The notes beneath the pieces were generated by a model. The model had not been told where the DNA came from. It saw only the letters and a program-made list of their open reading frames with translations, and searched no databases. Positions 40,301 to 51,259 of a DNA stretch of 64,000 bases are shown here, piece after piece (positions within the stretch are counted from its first letter, which is position 1; the number at the start of each line of letters is the position of its first letter). Where the stretch lies: contig OZ296648.1 of assembly GCA_965655095.1 (NCBI GenBank), forward strand, positions 110,298,001 to 110,362,000, written 5' to 3'. Both the position numbers and the translations under genes were made by a program. This DNA comes from Haplodiscus bocki. Its lineage: Eukaryota.

Positions 40301-43300
40301 GAATACACTGGTATTTACTGATGCATCTTTGTCCAATGTTCGTGATCTTAGAACACAAGAGGGATTTTTGATATTTCTCGTGAATGTGAAAACGCTTCGG
40401 GCATGTCTTCTTTCATGGTGTAGCTCTAGACTACGCAGAATTGCCAGATTTAGACTTTCTGCTGAGGCAATTGCCTGTATTGAAGGAGCAGGTACGGCGG
40501 TTTTCATCAAGACACTTCTGTATGGTATTCCGAACAGTGATATCCTATCTTCGTGAAATCCGACAACCATTCTCTCATAGATGCAGTGTTTTCGATTAAG
40601 CAAGTCGCCGATAAAAGGCTAAGGGTCGATATTTGCTACTTGAGATCCTTATTCAACGACAAACTGGTTGCAAAACACAACCAAGTTTCTAAATCATCCC
40701 AGTGCCCCGAATAATCGGCTGCCCGCGCTGAATACCGATGTTTCATCCGACGTTATCAGAAAGCACCTTGTGGCGCCTAATTCGGCGAGGCAGGCATTTG
40801 TTCAAGGTAAATCATCTGAATGGATTAAATGAGCACTGAGATGCAAATCGAGGCCAGGTAATTCAATTGTCTCTACTGGTGACAGCGTTTTCTTCTATAG
40901 GTCAAAAAAGTGGCATGGGCCTGGCAATGTCACTGGGAAAGATGGAGAAAGTATATTTGTTAGACACAGCGGAAGTCTATACAAAGTGCACGATACTGAA
41001 GTCAGATTGGTCAGATATCCGTCCATGTCAACACCGCCACGTGATCGAGTTATCCCCATTCCGACGAATGAAACTCAAAACGGAATTGTATATAACGCTG
41101 AGTTACCAAGAGAGTGCGGTGACTCGGAGGATGAACGGGAAGAACGCGAGCCGAATGATGAATCCGTCCCTACAACAATTAGCAAAGACGACAATCGAGG
41201 ACATGACCAAGAATTGGGGTTGCAGTTGCAGCTGGTGGTTCGTTTTTCCGACAAGAAAGTTCCGGTCTCAGGTTATCTGTCTATCCCGAGCAGGAATGAA
41301 CATATCCGTATATTCTCCAACTCTTGAGAAGAACCCGTGACAGGAATTGTTGTCAGCAAGGCCTGAAAAGCTGGTGGTATTCATAAAAATTGGCTAAATA
41401 TCGACTGTATCAGCCGTGACACATTAATTGGACAACGGGGTCCAATTGATTTCAAAAACGATGTTTCGCACTGGGAAACTGTCGAAAACACAAAATCCGT
41501 CCTTATTACGGGTGTCCCAGATGTCACAGGAGACAAATACGCGGGAGCCAAACGGCAGGAACTTCTCTCTTGGCAGACAAACCAAGTTTTTCACGCTGTT
41601 GATAACGTAGGTCAAACTGCAATTGACACCAGGTGGGTTCTAACTACCAAGCCAGACGGATCTGGCAAGGACACTGGTTGCTAAGGGCTTCCAGGATCCC
41701 GATCTTGATAAACTGGTAAAACCTTCGCCAACTTGCTCACGGGACGCATTTCGTGTGGTTTTGGCTACTTCAAGTTCCCAAACTTGGATCCATCAGACCT
41801 TCGAGAAAACCACAGCATTCCTCCAAGGTAAACATCTGGAGCGACATGTTTACCTTGTCCCGCCTTCTAAAAGCAAAGTGGCTTCCAAAAATAACTCATG
41901 GAAATTGGACAAAAGCGTATATGGATTAAACGATGCGTCCAGGATGTGGTTTGAGAAGGTGTGTCATAAGTGGAAGTTACTTGGCGCAATTCAGTCTGAC
42001 TTCTATCCATGTATTTTCATATGGAAGAATGAAAACGATTTACAAGTTATCTTAGCCACGCATGTCGATAATTTTTGCAGTTCTGGAGAAAATTCGGGTG
42101 TACGCTCGTTAATCTGCTCATTGCGAAAGGTATGTATCCTTGGTAAGGTTCAAGATCTTCCAGCAGACCAATTGAGAATGAAATTGACAGCCGCAGGTGC
42201 GAATATTCAAATGAACCTTAGTCAGTATCTTCAGACGATCTCAAAATATCAAGTTCAACCCGGTTCGAAAGCTGATGATGATTTGGATGAAACTTGCGAT
42301 CAGCGTTGAGAGAGCTCGTTGGAAAACTACTATAGCCCGCTACGAATGGTGGACCAGGTCTCTCTTCTGATACCAGTAACCTCGAGGCCTGTTTCAGTAG
42401 CAAAAGTACTCGACCTGAGGCGGGCAAAAAAACTCAGTCGTAGATTGCAGTTTGAGAAGTATATCCCGCTTAGTTTTCCAAATTTGGGTCTTCCAAAGGA
42501 TTGGAATATACTGGTATTTACTGATGCATCTTTGTCCAATGTTCGTGATATTAGAACACAAGGGGGATTTTTGATATTCCTCGTCAATGTGAAAATGCTT
42601 CAGGCATGTCTTCTTTCATGGTGTAGCTCTAGACTACGCAGAATTGCCAGATCTAGACTTTCTGCTGAGGCAATTGCCTGTATTGAAGGAGCAGATACGG
42701 CGGTTTTCATCGAGACTTCTGTATGGTATTCTGAAAAGTGATATCCTATCTTCGTGAAATCCGACAACCATTCTCTCACAGATGCAGTGTATTCGACTAA
42801 GCAAGTCGCCGATAAAAGGCTCAGGGTCGATATTTGCTACTTGAGATCCTTATTCAACGACAAACTGGTTGCAGAATACAACGAAGCTTCTAAATTATCC
42901 CAGTGCCCCGAATAATCGGCTACCCGCTCTGAATACCAATGTTTCATCCGACGTTATCAGAAAGCACCTTGTGGCGCCTAATTCGGCGAGGCAGGCTTTT
43001 GTTCAAGGGGAATCATCTGAAAGGATTAAATGAGCACTCAGATGCAGATCGAGGCCAGATAAATCAATTGTCTCTACTGGAGACAGCGTTTTCTTCCATA
43101 GGTCAAAAAGTGGCATGGGCCTGGCAGTGTCACTGGGAAAGATGGAGAAAGTATATTTGTTAGACACAGCGGAAGTCTATACAAAGTGCACGATACTGAA
43201 GTCAGATTGGTCAGATATCCGTCCATGTCTACACCGCCACGTGATCGAGTTATCCCCATTCCGACGAATGAAACTCAAAACGGAATTGTATATAACGCTG

Positions 43301-46300
43301 AGTTACCAAGAGAGTGCGGTGACTCGGAGGATGAACGGGAAGAACGCGAGCCGAATGATGAATCCGTCCCTACAACAATTAGCAAAGACGACAATCGAGG
43401 AAATGACCAAGAATCGGGGTTGCAGTTGCAGCTGGTTGTTCGTTTTTCCGACAAGAAAGTTCCGGTCTCAGGTTATCTGTCTATCCCGAGGAGGAATGAA
43501 CATATCCGTATATTCTCCAACTCTTGTGAAGAACCCGTGACAGGAATTGTTTTCAGCAAGGCCTGAAAAGCTGGTGGTATTCATAAAAATTGGCTAAATA
43601 TCGACTGTATCAGCCGTGACACATTAATTGGACAACGGGGTCCAATTGATTTCAAAAACGATGTTTCGCACTGGGAAACTGTCGAAAACACAAAATCCGT
43701 CCTTATTACGGGTGTCCCAGATGTTACAGGAGACGAATACGCGAGAGCCAAACGACAGGAACTTCTCTCTTGGCAGACAAACCAAGTTTTTCACGCTGTT
43801 GATAACGTAGGTCAAACTGCAATTGACACCAGGTGGGTTCTAACTACCAAGCCAGACGGATCTGGCAACGACACTGGTTGCTAAGGGATTCCAGGATCCC
43901 GATCTTGATAAACTGGTAAAACCTTCGCCAACTTGCTCACGGGACGCATTTCGTGTGGTTTTGGCTACTTCAAGTTCCCAAACTTGGATCCATCAGACCT
44001 TCGAGAAAAGCACAGCATTCCTCCAAGGTAAACATCTGGAGCGACCTGTTTACCTTGTCCCGCCTTCTAAAAGCAAAGTGGCTTCCAAAAATAACTCCTG
44101 GAAATTGGACAAAAGCGTATATCGATTAAACGATGCGTCCAGGATGTGGTTTGAGAAGGTGTGTCATAAGTGGAAGTTACTTGGCGCAATTCAGTCTGAC
44201 TTCTATCCATGTATTTTCATATGGAAGAATGAAAACGGTTTACAAGGTATCTTAGCCACGCATGTCGACAAATTTTGCAGTTCTGGAGAAAATTCGGGTG
44301 TACGCTCGTTAATCTGCTCATTGCGAAAGGTATTTATCATTGGTAAGGTTCAACATCTTCAAGCAGATCATTTGGGAATGAAATTGACAGCCGGGGGTGC
44401 GAATATTCAAATGAACCTTAGTCAGTATATTCAGACGATCTCAAAATATCAAGTTCAACCCGGTTTGGAAGCTGATGATGATTTGGATGGAACTTGCGAT
44501 CAGCGTTGAGAGAGCTCGTTGGAAAACTACTATAGCCCGCTACGAATGGTGGACCAGGTCTCTCTTCTGATACCAGTAACCTCGAGGCCTGTTTCAGTAG
44601 CAAAAGTACTCGACCTGAGGCGGGCAAAAAAACTCAGTCGTAGATTGCAGTTTGAGAAGTATATCCCACTTAGTTTTCCAAATTTGGGTCTTCCAAACGA
44701 TTGGAATATACTGGTATTTACTGATGCATCTTTGTCCAATGTTCGTGATATTAGAACACAAGGGGGATTTTTGATATTCCTCGTCAATGTGAAAACGCTT
44801 CAGGCATGTCTTCTTTCATGGTGTAGCTCTAGACTACGCAGATTTGCCAGATCTAGACTTTCTGCTGAGGCAATTGCCTGTATTGAAGGAGCAGATACGG
44901 CGGTTTTCATCGAGACTTCTGTATGGTATTCTGAAAAGTGATATCCTATCTTCGTGAAATCCACAACCATTCTCTCATAGATGCAGTGTATTCGATTAAG
45001 CAAGTCGGCGATAAAAGGCTCAGGGTCGATATTTGCTACTTGAGATCCTTATTCAACGACAAACTGGTTGCAGAATACAACGAAGCTTCTAAATTATCCC
45101 AGTGCCCCGAAAAATCGGCTACCCGCGCTGAATACCAATGTTTCATCCGACGTTATCAGAAAGCACCTTGTGGCGCCTAATTCGGCGAGGCAGGCATTTG
45201 TTCAAGGGGAATCATCTGAAAGGATTAAATGAGCACTCAGATGCAAATCGAGGCCAGGTAATTCAATTGTCTCTACTGGAGACAGCGTTTTCTTCCATAG
45301 GTCAAAAGGTGGCATGGGCCTGGCAGTGTCACTGGGAAAGATGGAGAAAGTATATTTGTTAGACACAGCGGAAGTCTATACAAAGTGCACGATACTGAAG
45401 TCAGATTGGCAGATATCCGTCCATGTCTACACCGCCACGTGATCGAGTTATCCCCATTTCGACGAATGAAACTCAAAACGGAAGTGTATATAACGCTGAG
45501 TTACCAAGAGAGTGCGGTGACTCGGAGGATGAACGGAAAGAACGCGAGCCGAATGATGAATCCGTCCCTACAACAATTAGCAAAGACGACAATCGAGGAA
45601 ATGACCAAGAATCGGGGTTGCAGTTGCAGCTGGTTGTTCGTTTTTCCGACAAGAAAGTTCCGGTCTCAGGTTATCTGTCTATCCCGAGGAGGAATGAACA
45701 TATCCGTATATTCTCCAACACTTGAGAAGAACCCGTGACAGGAATTGTTGTCAGCAAGGCCGGAAAAGCAGGTGGTTTTCAAAAAAATTGGCTAAATATC
45801 GACTATATCAGCCGTGACACATTAATTTGACAACGGGGTCCAATTGATTTCAAAAACGATGTTTCGCACTGGGAAACTGTCGAAAACACAGAATCCGTCC
45901 TTAATAGGGGTGTCCCAGATGTTACAGGAGACGAATACGCGGGAGCCAAACGACAGGAACTTCTGTCTTGGCAGACAAACCAAGTTTTTCACGCTGTTGA
46001 TAACGTAGGTCAAACTGCAATTGACACCAGGTGGGTTCTAACTACCAAGCCAGACAGATCTGGCAAGGACACTGGTTGCTAAGGGCTTCCAGGATCCCGA
46101 TCTTGATACACTGGTGAAAGCTTCGCCAACTTGCTCCCGGGAGGCATTTCGTGTGGTTTTGGCTACTTCAAGTTCCCAAAATTGGATCCATCAGACCTTC
46201 GAGAAAACCACAGCATTCCCCCAAGGTAAACATCTGGAGCGACCTGTTTACTTTGTCCCGCCTTCTAAAAGCAAAGTGGCTTCCAAAAATATCTCATGGA

Positions 46301-47280
46301 ATTTGGACAAAAGCGTATATGGATTACACGATGCGTCCAGGATGTGGTTTGAGAAGGTGTGTCATAAGTGGAAGTTACTTGGAGCCATTCAGTCTGATTT
46401 CTATCCATGTATTTTCATATGGAAGAAAGAAAACGGTTTACAAGGTATCTTAGCCACGCATGTTGATAATTTTTGCATTTCTGGAGGAAATTCGGGTGTA
46501 CGCTCGTTAATCTGCTCATTGCGAAAGGTATGTATCCTTGGTAAGGTTCAAGATCTTCCAGCAGATCATTTGAGAATGAAATTGACAGCCGCAGGTGCGA
46601 ATATTCAAATGAACCTTAGTCAGTATAGTCAGACGATCTCGAAATATCAAATTCAACCCGGTTTGAAAGCTGATGATGATTTGGATGAAACTTGCGATCA
46701 GCGTTGAGACAGCTCGTTGGAAAACTACTATAGCCCGCTACGAATGGTGGACCAGGTCTCTCTTCTGATACCAGTAACCTCGAGGCCTGTTTCAGTAGCA
46801 AAAGTACTCGACCTGAAGCGGGCAAAAAAACTCAATCGTAGATTGCAATTTGAGAAGTATATCCCACTTAGTTTTCCAAATTTGGGTCTTTCAAAGGATT
46901 GGAATACACTGGTATTTACTGATGCATCTTTGTCCAATGATCGTGATATTAGAACACAAGGGGGATTTTTGATATTTCTCGTTAATGTGAAAACGCTTCA
47001 GGCATGTCTTCTTTCATGGTGTAGCTCTAGGCTACGCAGAATTGCCAGATCTAGACTTTCTGCTGAGGCAATTGCCTGTATTGAAGGAGCAGATACGGCG
47101 GTTTTCATCAAGACACTTCTGCATGGTATTCCGAACAGTGATATCTCATCTTCGTGAAATCCGACAACCATTCTCTCATAGATGCAGTGTATTCGACTAA
47201 GCAAGTCGCCGATAAAAATCTCAGAGTCGATAATTGCTATTTTAGATCCTTAATCAACGACAAACTGCTTGCAGAATCCA
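7369..47280 (+). repeat. Tandem array of 18 units of ~2.2 kb (Copia INT C-terminus + RT + RNase H fragment)
   Basis: Unit starts read from the RH/INT junction: about 7369, 9554, 11741, 13929, 16134, 18337, 20539, 22741, 24933, 27132, 29331, 31534, 33738, 35941, 38550, 40682, 42883, 45082. Period is 2185-2205 bp except around 38.1-38.5 kb. The ORF track repeats the same peptides with this period. Confidence 0.96.
38144..38549 (+). repeat. Internal second copy of the RNase H end and 3' UTR of the Copia element
   Basis: Matches 47281-47685 (about 17 differences in 406 bp by manual count), then jumps back to integrase sequence TATCAGAAAGC. Confidence 0.92.
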
Positions 47281-47423
47281 CTTGGATACCTACAAAGCAT
47301 CAACTGGCCGACACAATGACAAAATCTAGAAGCCAAGAGACCGAAATTATGATTCCGGTGCTTAGAACAGGCAGTTTTCCGAATACCATGTCTCCCACGT
47401 TTAAATGGTTAGAATTTGTGTAA
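47154..47423 (+). pseudogene. Terminal RNase H fragment and stop codon of Copia pol
   Basis: SDNHSLIDAVYST...WIPTKHQLADTMTK, the Copia ADxxTK terminal motif; followed by a ~300-bp 3' UTR and the 3' LTR. Confidence 0.88.
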
Positions 47424-47721
47424 TTTGTAACTTACTGGCCTTTTAAACATGCATAATACATTATTTTTCAACATTCCGGCGCCATATACACTTCATTATA
47501 TGTATTTGTGGATTTACGGTGAGATTCTGTTGATATATTCTTTTCTTAACTTCCAGTGCAGCGACCAACAATTGATTATGTAATTAATTATTAACTACTC
47601 ATGCGCTGTTAATATATGCTTTTCAAATATGCGGGCAGGTCACTTCCACTAATTACGGACAGTTTGACAACGCTTGCCGTAATATGGAAAGAATGATCGA
47701 TGCCTAATTAATCAAGTAATG

Positions 47722-47804
47722 TGTGTAAATTGTTAATGAGTGACTATTTTAGTTATAATGTCATGGGGCTTTAATTCAATGTTATAGCTCGGGCAATTTT
47801 CACA
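47722..47804 (+). repeat. Copia 3' LTR (83 bp)
   Basis: TGTGTAAATTG...CAATTTTCACA; direct repeat of 5342-5424. Confidence 0.93.
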
Positions 47805-47809
47805 CGAGG
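47805..47809 (+). repeat. Right target-site duplication CGAGG
   Basis: Identical to 5337-5341. Confidence 0.92.
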
Positions 47810-48112
47810 TCCCCGCGATTGGACTCGCAACAAGCTTCAATTCAACACCTCGTCAAAGAAGAGATTTTGATAGTTAAATAAGTCAACTTTTTTCTAGAGC
47901 GTTCAAATCTAGTTGTCTCAAACTAACGAGTGTAGATTATTTAATAAGAATGATAAGCCGGAGTAGTTTATCTTAAATATAGCGCCGTTTAGACTCCGGA
48001 AAGTGTAAGGTTTAAGTTTTGTTTATGTTTCCTTTCGAGATAAGTTTTGATGCGCACATTCCTTAGATAACTCTTTTCTGCTTTAGTTTACAACATAACA
48101 TGCAATGTTACA
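47810..48112 (-). mobile_element. Probable remainder of the Gypsy 5' leader and its 5' LTR (48004-48112, 109 bp)
   Basis: The TSD shows this sequence was contiguous with 5336 before the Copia insertion. 48004-48112 is bounded by TGTAA...TTACA inverted ends. The partner LTR is outside the window and no clean PBS is visible. Confidence 0.55.
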
Positions 48113-48327
48113 CACGGTAAGCTTTCTCAAGTACGAATCTTGCAGAAAACGTTCTTTAGAAGAAACCTTTTATTTTTGATATTCTGAAACCCGGAATGTT
48201 GATTTATTCAAATTGGAATAAATTATTTTAAACTGAAGAAAATTACAACAACATGGAATTATTTTACATTTATGTTTCAGTGGGAAACCTACGTTTAAAA
48301 CTAGAAATAATATTTACAAACTGCTGA

Positions 48328-48333
48328 TTTATT
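48328..48333 (-). terminator. Candidate TMEM222 polyadenylation signal AATAAA (others at 48203-48208 and ~48170)
   Basis: TTTATT on the + strand downstream of the stop codon; the region is AT-rich, so a chance match is possible. Confidence 0.35.
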
Positions 48334-48355
48334 TTAACCGTTTCCGAGGGTTTGT

Positions 48356-48500
48356 TCACGATGCGTAACTAGTGCCGAGTACAATGGCAGTAACGATGGC
48401 GCAAAGAATAGCAAAAGGCAGCCACGTGATCACAAATCCCTTGAACGAAGTGTACTTTCCAAATAGCAGCATCAAGAAACAGATTGATACCATATTGTAG
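48356..48500 (-). CDS. TMEM222: TMEM222 coding exon 3 (to TGA)
   Basis: Acceptor TTTGTTTCAG|C; (S)YNMVSICFLMLLFGKYTSFKGFVITWLPFAILCAIVTAIVLGTSYAS*. The three exons total 627 nt, an open frame of 208 aa. Confidence 0.93.
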
Positions 48501-48966
48501 CTGAAACAAACTGCTGGAAATTAGAATACACTACTTCACTAAATGCCTATATCACTGAGCGCCTAAAAATCTTTTATGCTTTTGTAACAAATAACAAGCC
48601 AAGGACAGCTCAGATTAATAAAGCCTAAAAGTTAAAAATTTTCGCATTTCGTCGGTTTCAAATGATTCAAAAATTTTAGATTACTGTAATAGAGGGTCCT
48701 TTTTGAAGTAACAAGCTGAGACAAGCTCGAAGTCGACGCTGCCCATCTGTCGGGCGCGAAAAGTAAACCATAGAGGGGGTATAAAAAATTTAATGAGTAT
48801 GAAAAACCCTTTTTGGTGTTAGTGAGTTATTGTTATAGACTGTACTTACATACTTTAGAATATTATGCCAGGAAAAAAGTAATCTCGAAATTTTTTTTTA
48901 AAAAAGTGACCACAAGAGTCGGCTTTGTTTACCAAAGAAAAGCGCCAACTAAAAGGCGTGGAATAC

Positions 48967-49187
48967 CTGCTGTGTCCGTTGTACTGCATGCTATTGAGAG
49001 CATAAGCAACATGAGAGTGGCAGTTGTCCCAGCAGAGAATGTGCATTCTGTTCTTGTACTCCTCACACGAATCACGAACAGCCCCATCCCATGTGACACC
49101 AGGAGCTTTGATTTTGCGCAAATTCAACTGCCAGTATTTTGTCGGGTTTCCAAACGCCATCTGACCCTCTCCTATTGAGTACGGGCC
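48967..49187 (-). CDS. TMEM222: TMEM222 coding exon 2
   Basis: Acceptor TAG|GGC; GPYSIGEGQMAFGNPTKYWQL...EEYKNRMHILCWDNCHSHVAYALN; phase-2 donor AG|GTATTC; 221 nt. Confidence 0.94.
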
Positions 49188-49503
49188 CTAGCAATGTACA
49201 AACACCATTAAAGTCGATTCAATTGGTAACAGCTCGCTGCTTGGATCTGGTCCAATTATTTCATTAATAATAAATAGTGGTAGGAGATCAGTCTTTAGGG
49301 TTTGAAGATTCAAATTGCAGAAGGCTCTCCACGCGCTCTTTATTGAATAAACCGAATGCTAGTAACAAATCGACCAAAAACAACTGACCTTTGAAGAGGC
49401 AACGTTACTACCAATACTACTGATAACAAGTGTAGTTAATTTTTCAGCTATAATAATTCATTCGCTTCATATTTCATACAAAAACACTGCATCTGAAGAG
49501 ACA

Positions 49504-49640
49504 ATGGCAGATTTAGGTAGACCATGCGACTTTGTGGCCAACAGTCCAGGTTCGCGCCTCGACCACTCAACTTTCATTGGTCACATCTAGGTACATGTGT
49601 CAGTTGTGAACGGATTGGAAAAAAATTGAGACTGTGTTGA
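49504..49640 (+). mobile_element. tRNA-derived SINE-like relic
   Basis: GGTAGACCATGCGACT (D-arm/A-box-like, 49516) and GGTTCGCGCC (B-box-like, 49549) at tRNA-like spacing. Confidence 0.35.
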
Positions 49641-49825
49641 AACACTTGCTTCCGCAAGTGCAATCATCATAATATGAGTCCTTCAGACATTAGCCTTACA
49701 CACCTCCTATTTTTATAAAGCGCAAAGCTGTGCTTCTGAACATTTACGCAAATGGAGTAATTAAGAAACGCTATTAAAAAATTCAATCGCTTGATACTTC
49801 AAATAAAAGTACCCATTCTCAAGCG

Positions 49826-49885
49826 GCAATAGCAGTCAGTAGAGCATGCAACTGCGGCGCAAAAGGTACTAGGTTCAGCTCCTTT
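49826..49885 (+). mobile_element. tRNA-derived SINE-like relic
   Basis: AGTAGAGCATGCAACT (49838) and GGTTCAGCTCC (49872); related to the 49516 and 50440 motifs. Confidence 0.35.
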
Positions 49886-50427
49886 CTATTTGATGAAAAT
49901 CTAGGAACTTTGACAAGTTGTCAACAGATCGAAAAAAATGTCCACAAAAGCCTGTGATAGCAAACCAGCGCCAACGGACGCACAAATGGCAGTAAACAAA
50001 TCGAATAAGTATAACTTACTTTCAAAAAAACTACGATACTACGGGTATTTTCTAATTTTTCCAAATTTTAATTTTTCATTTTTGGCCAGAAAAGACATTT
50101 TTAGGAAATAATGTCATTTTGATACGCATTCTACAGCAAATTTGCCAATTTTGAGAAACTTCAAATTATTTCCGGAAAAAAACCATCTATTTTTCCCCGA
50201 AAAACCCAAATTTTGTACGATTTGAGAAATCTTACTATTTGAGTCTCATTCTACGTCAAATTTTCTACAATTTGGTAACAAAAAATTTTCAAACTCAGAA
50301 CCGGACACTAGCGTCAATCGGACATCAATTAGCAAAACGTTCACAAAAAGTTCGCGTTGAGTGGATAAACTTCCTCCCACATTATAAACATGGCGGAAAA
50401 TAATGAAATTGTCAACTATGAAGCGAA

Positions 50428-50470
50428 GGGCGCTCAATTGGTAGAGCATGCGACTAGATTCGCACGCGGA
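50428..50470 (+). other. tRNA 5'-half-like relic
   Basis: GCTCAATTGGTAGAGCATGCGACT is a typical tRNA D-arm; no T-arm or B box follows. Confidence 0.3.
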
Positions 50471-51259
50471 TAATGCCGTATTCTGCAAAAAAATCTCAGA
50501 GAAATTGTTTGCTGAGAAAAAATCGCAAAAAAGGCCGAAAGTGTGATTTGAAGCTCTTGATCAAGTGAGTGTAACACAGAGGCAAAGCAGAGTTCGCAAA
50601 ATCTGATAACGCAGAAAGATTCATTTTTATGATAACTCGAAACAGCGTTACTTTACTCAGATGATCGAGGGTTTACTTAACTTCTTTCTTGGAACACGAA
50701 ATTTTCTTCTAGAAAAAATGGTTTCGAAAAAATTGCAAAACCTTGTTTTCCCTCGAATAATATCACACTCGAATACCCCAAGCAGGAGTGCCAACGAGCA
50801 AATGTCGGCGGATCATCGAATTTTTACTGATTTTTCCTTTGAAAATAAGGAAAAGTTTTGAGGAAAACTATATAAAAATATTCCTAGTACACCCAGTTTT
50901 ACTTTGACCATCTGCCATTCGATTATGCGCTGTTAGCGACCCAAAAACGTTTGCAAAAAGGGTGGCAGAAAAACGAGTGATTCTAACATTTCGTTGGTAA
51001 CGTTGGTTGAAGATCAATTTATGTTTCAAGAATGGAAGAAAAAAGGGAAAATTGATGAAATTGTATATCATACTCTTAAAGATAAAAATTACATCACTGG
51101 AATGACAGTCAAAAGGTTTGACTTTGCTCCCCAGAAACTAAAAATTAAATACCGATTATGACACAGCCATTCCACTTGAACTGTTTAATTAGGAATTAAA
51201 CAAGGATACGATTCAACAGATACCCGGCATACTGAAAAGTATGTTTTCAGTTTTAATAA

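Larger units (their letters stand above)
5342..47804 (+). mobile_element. Single Ty1/Copia (GalEa-like) LTR retrotransposon, 42.5 kb long because of an internal 18-unit tandem amplification of pol
   Basis: Paired 83-bp LTRs (5342-5424, 47722-47804), identical CGAGG flanks on both sides, PBS after the 5' LTR, and domain order gag-PR-INT-RT-RH. Motifs resembling GalEa: gag PPAW...FESW...ELWVAVTDL, LHKQFGH integrase finger, VYGLNDASRMW, HVD(D), LVFTDAS, DKRLRVDI, WIPTKHQLADTMTK. Confidence 0.93.

Noticed and set aside
7369-47280. The many recurring 60-250 aa ORFs on both strands as a tandem gene family
   Set aside because: They are frameshifted pieces, alternative frames or antisense shadows of Copia pol. 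They recur only because the DNA is repeated.
7369-47280. Array as a pure assembly artefact
   Set aside because: Units carry many private and nested shared substitutions and indels, and there are two distinct junction types. The exact copy number still needs read support.
7369-47280. 18 independent or whole-element tandem Copia insertions
   Set aside because: No LTR, PBS, gag or protease sequence between units, and a single TSD pair.
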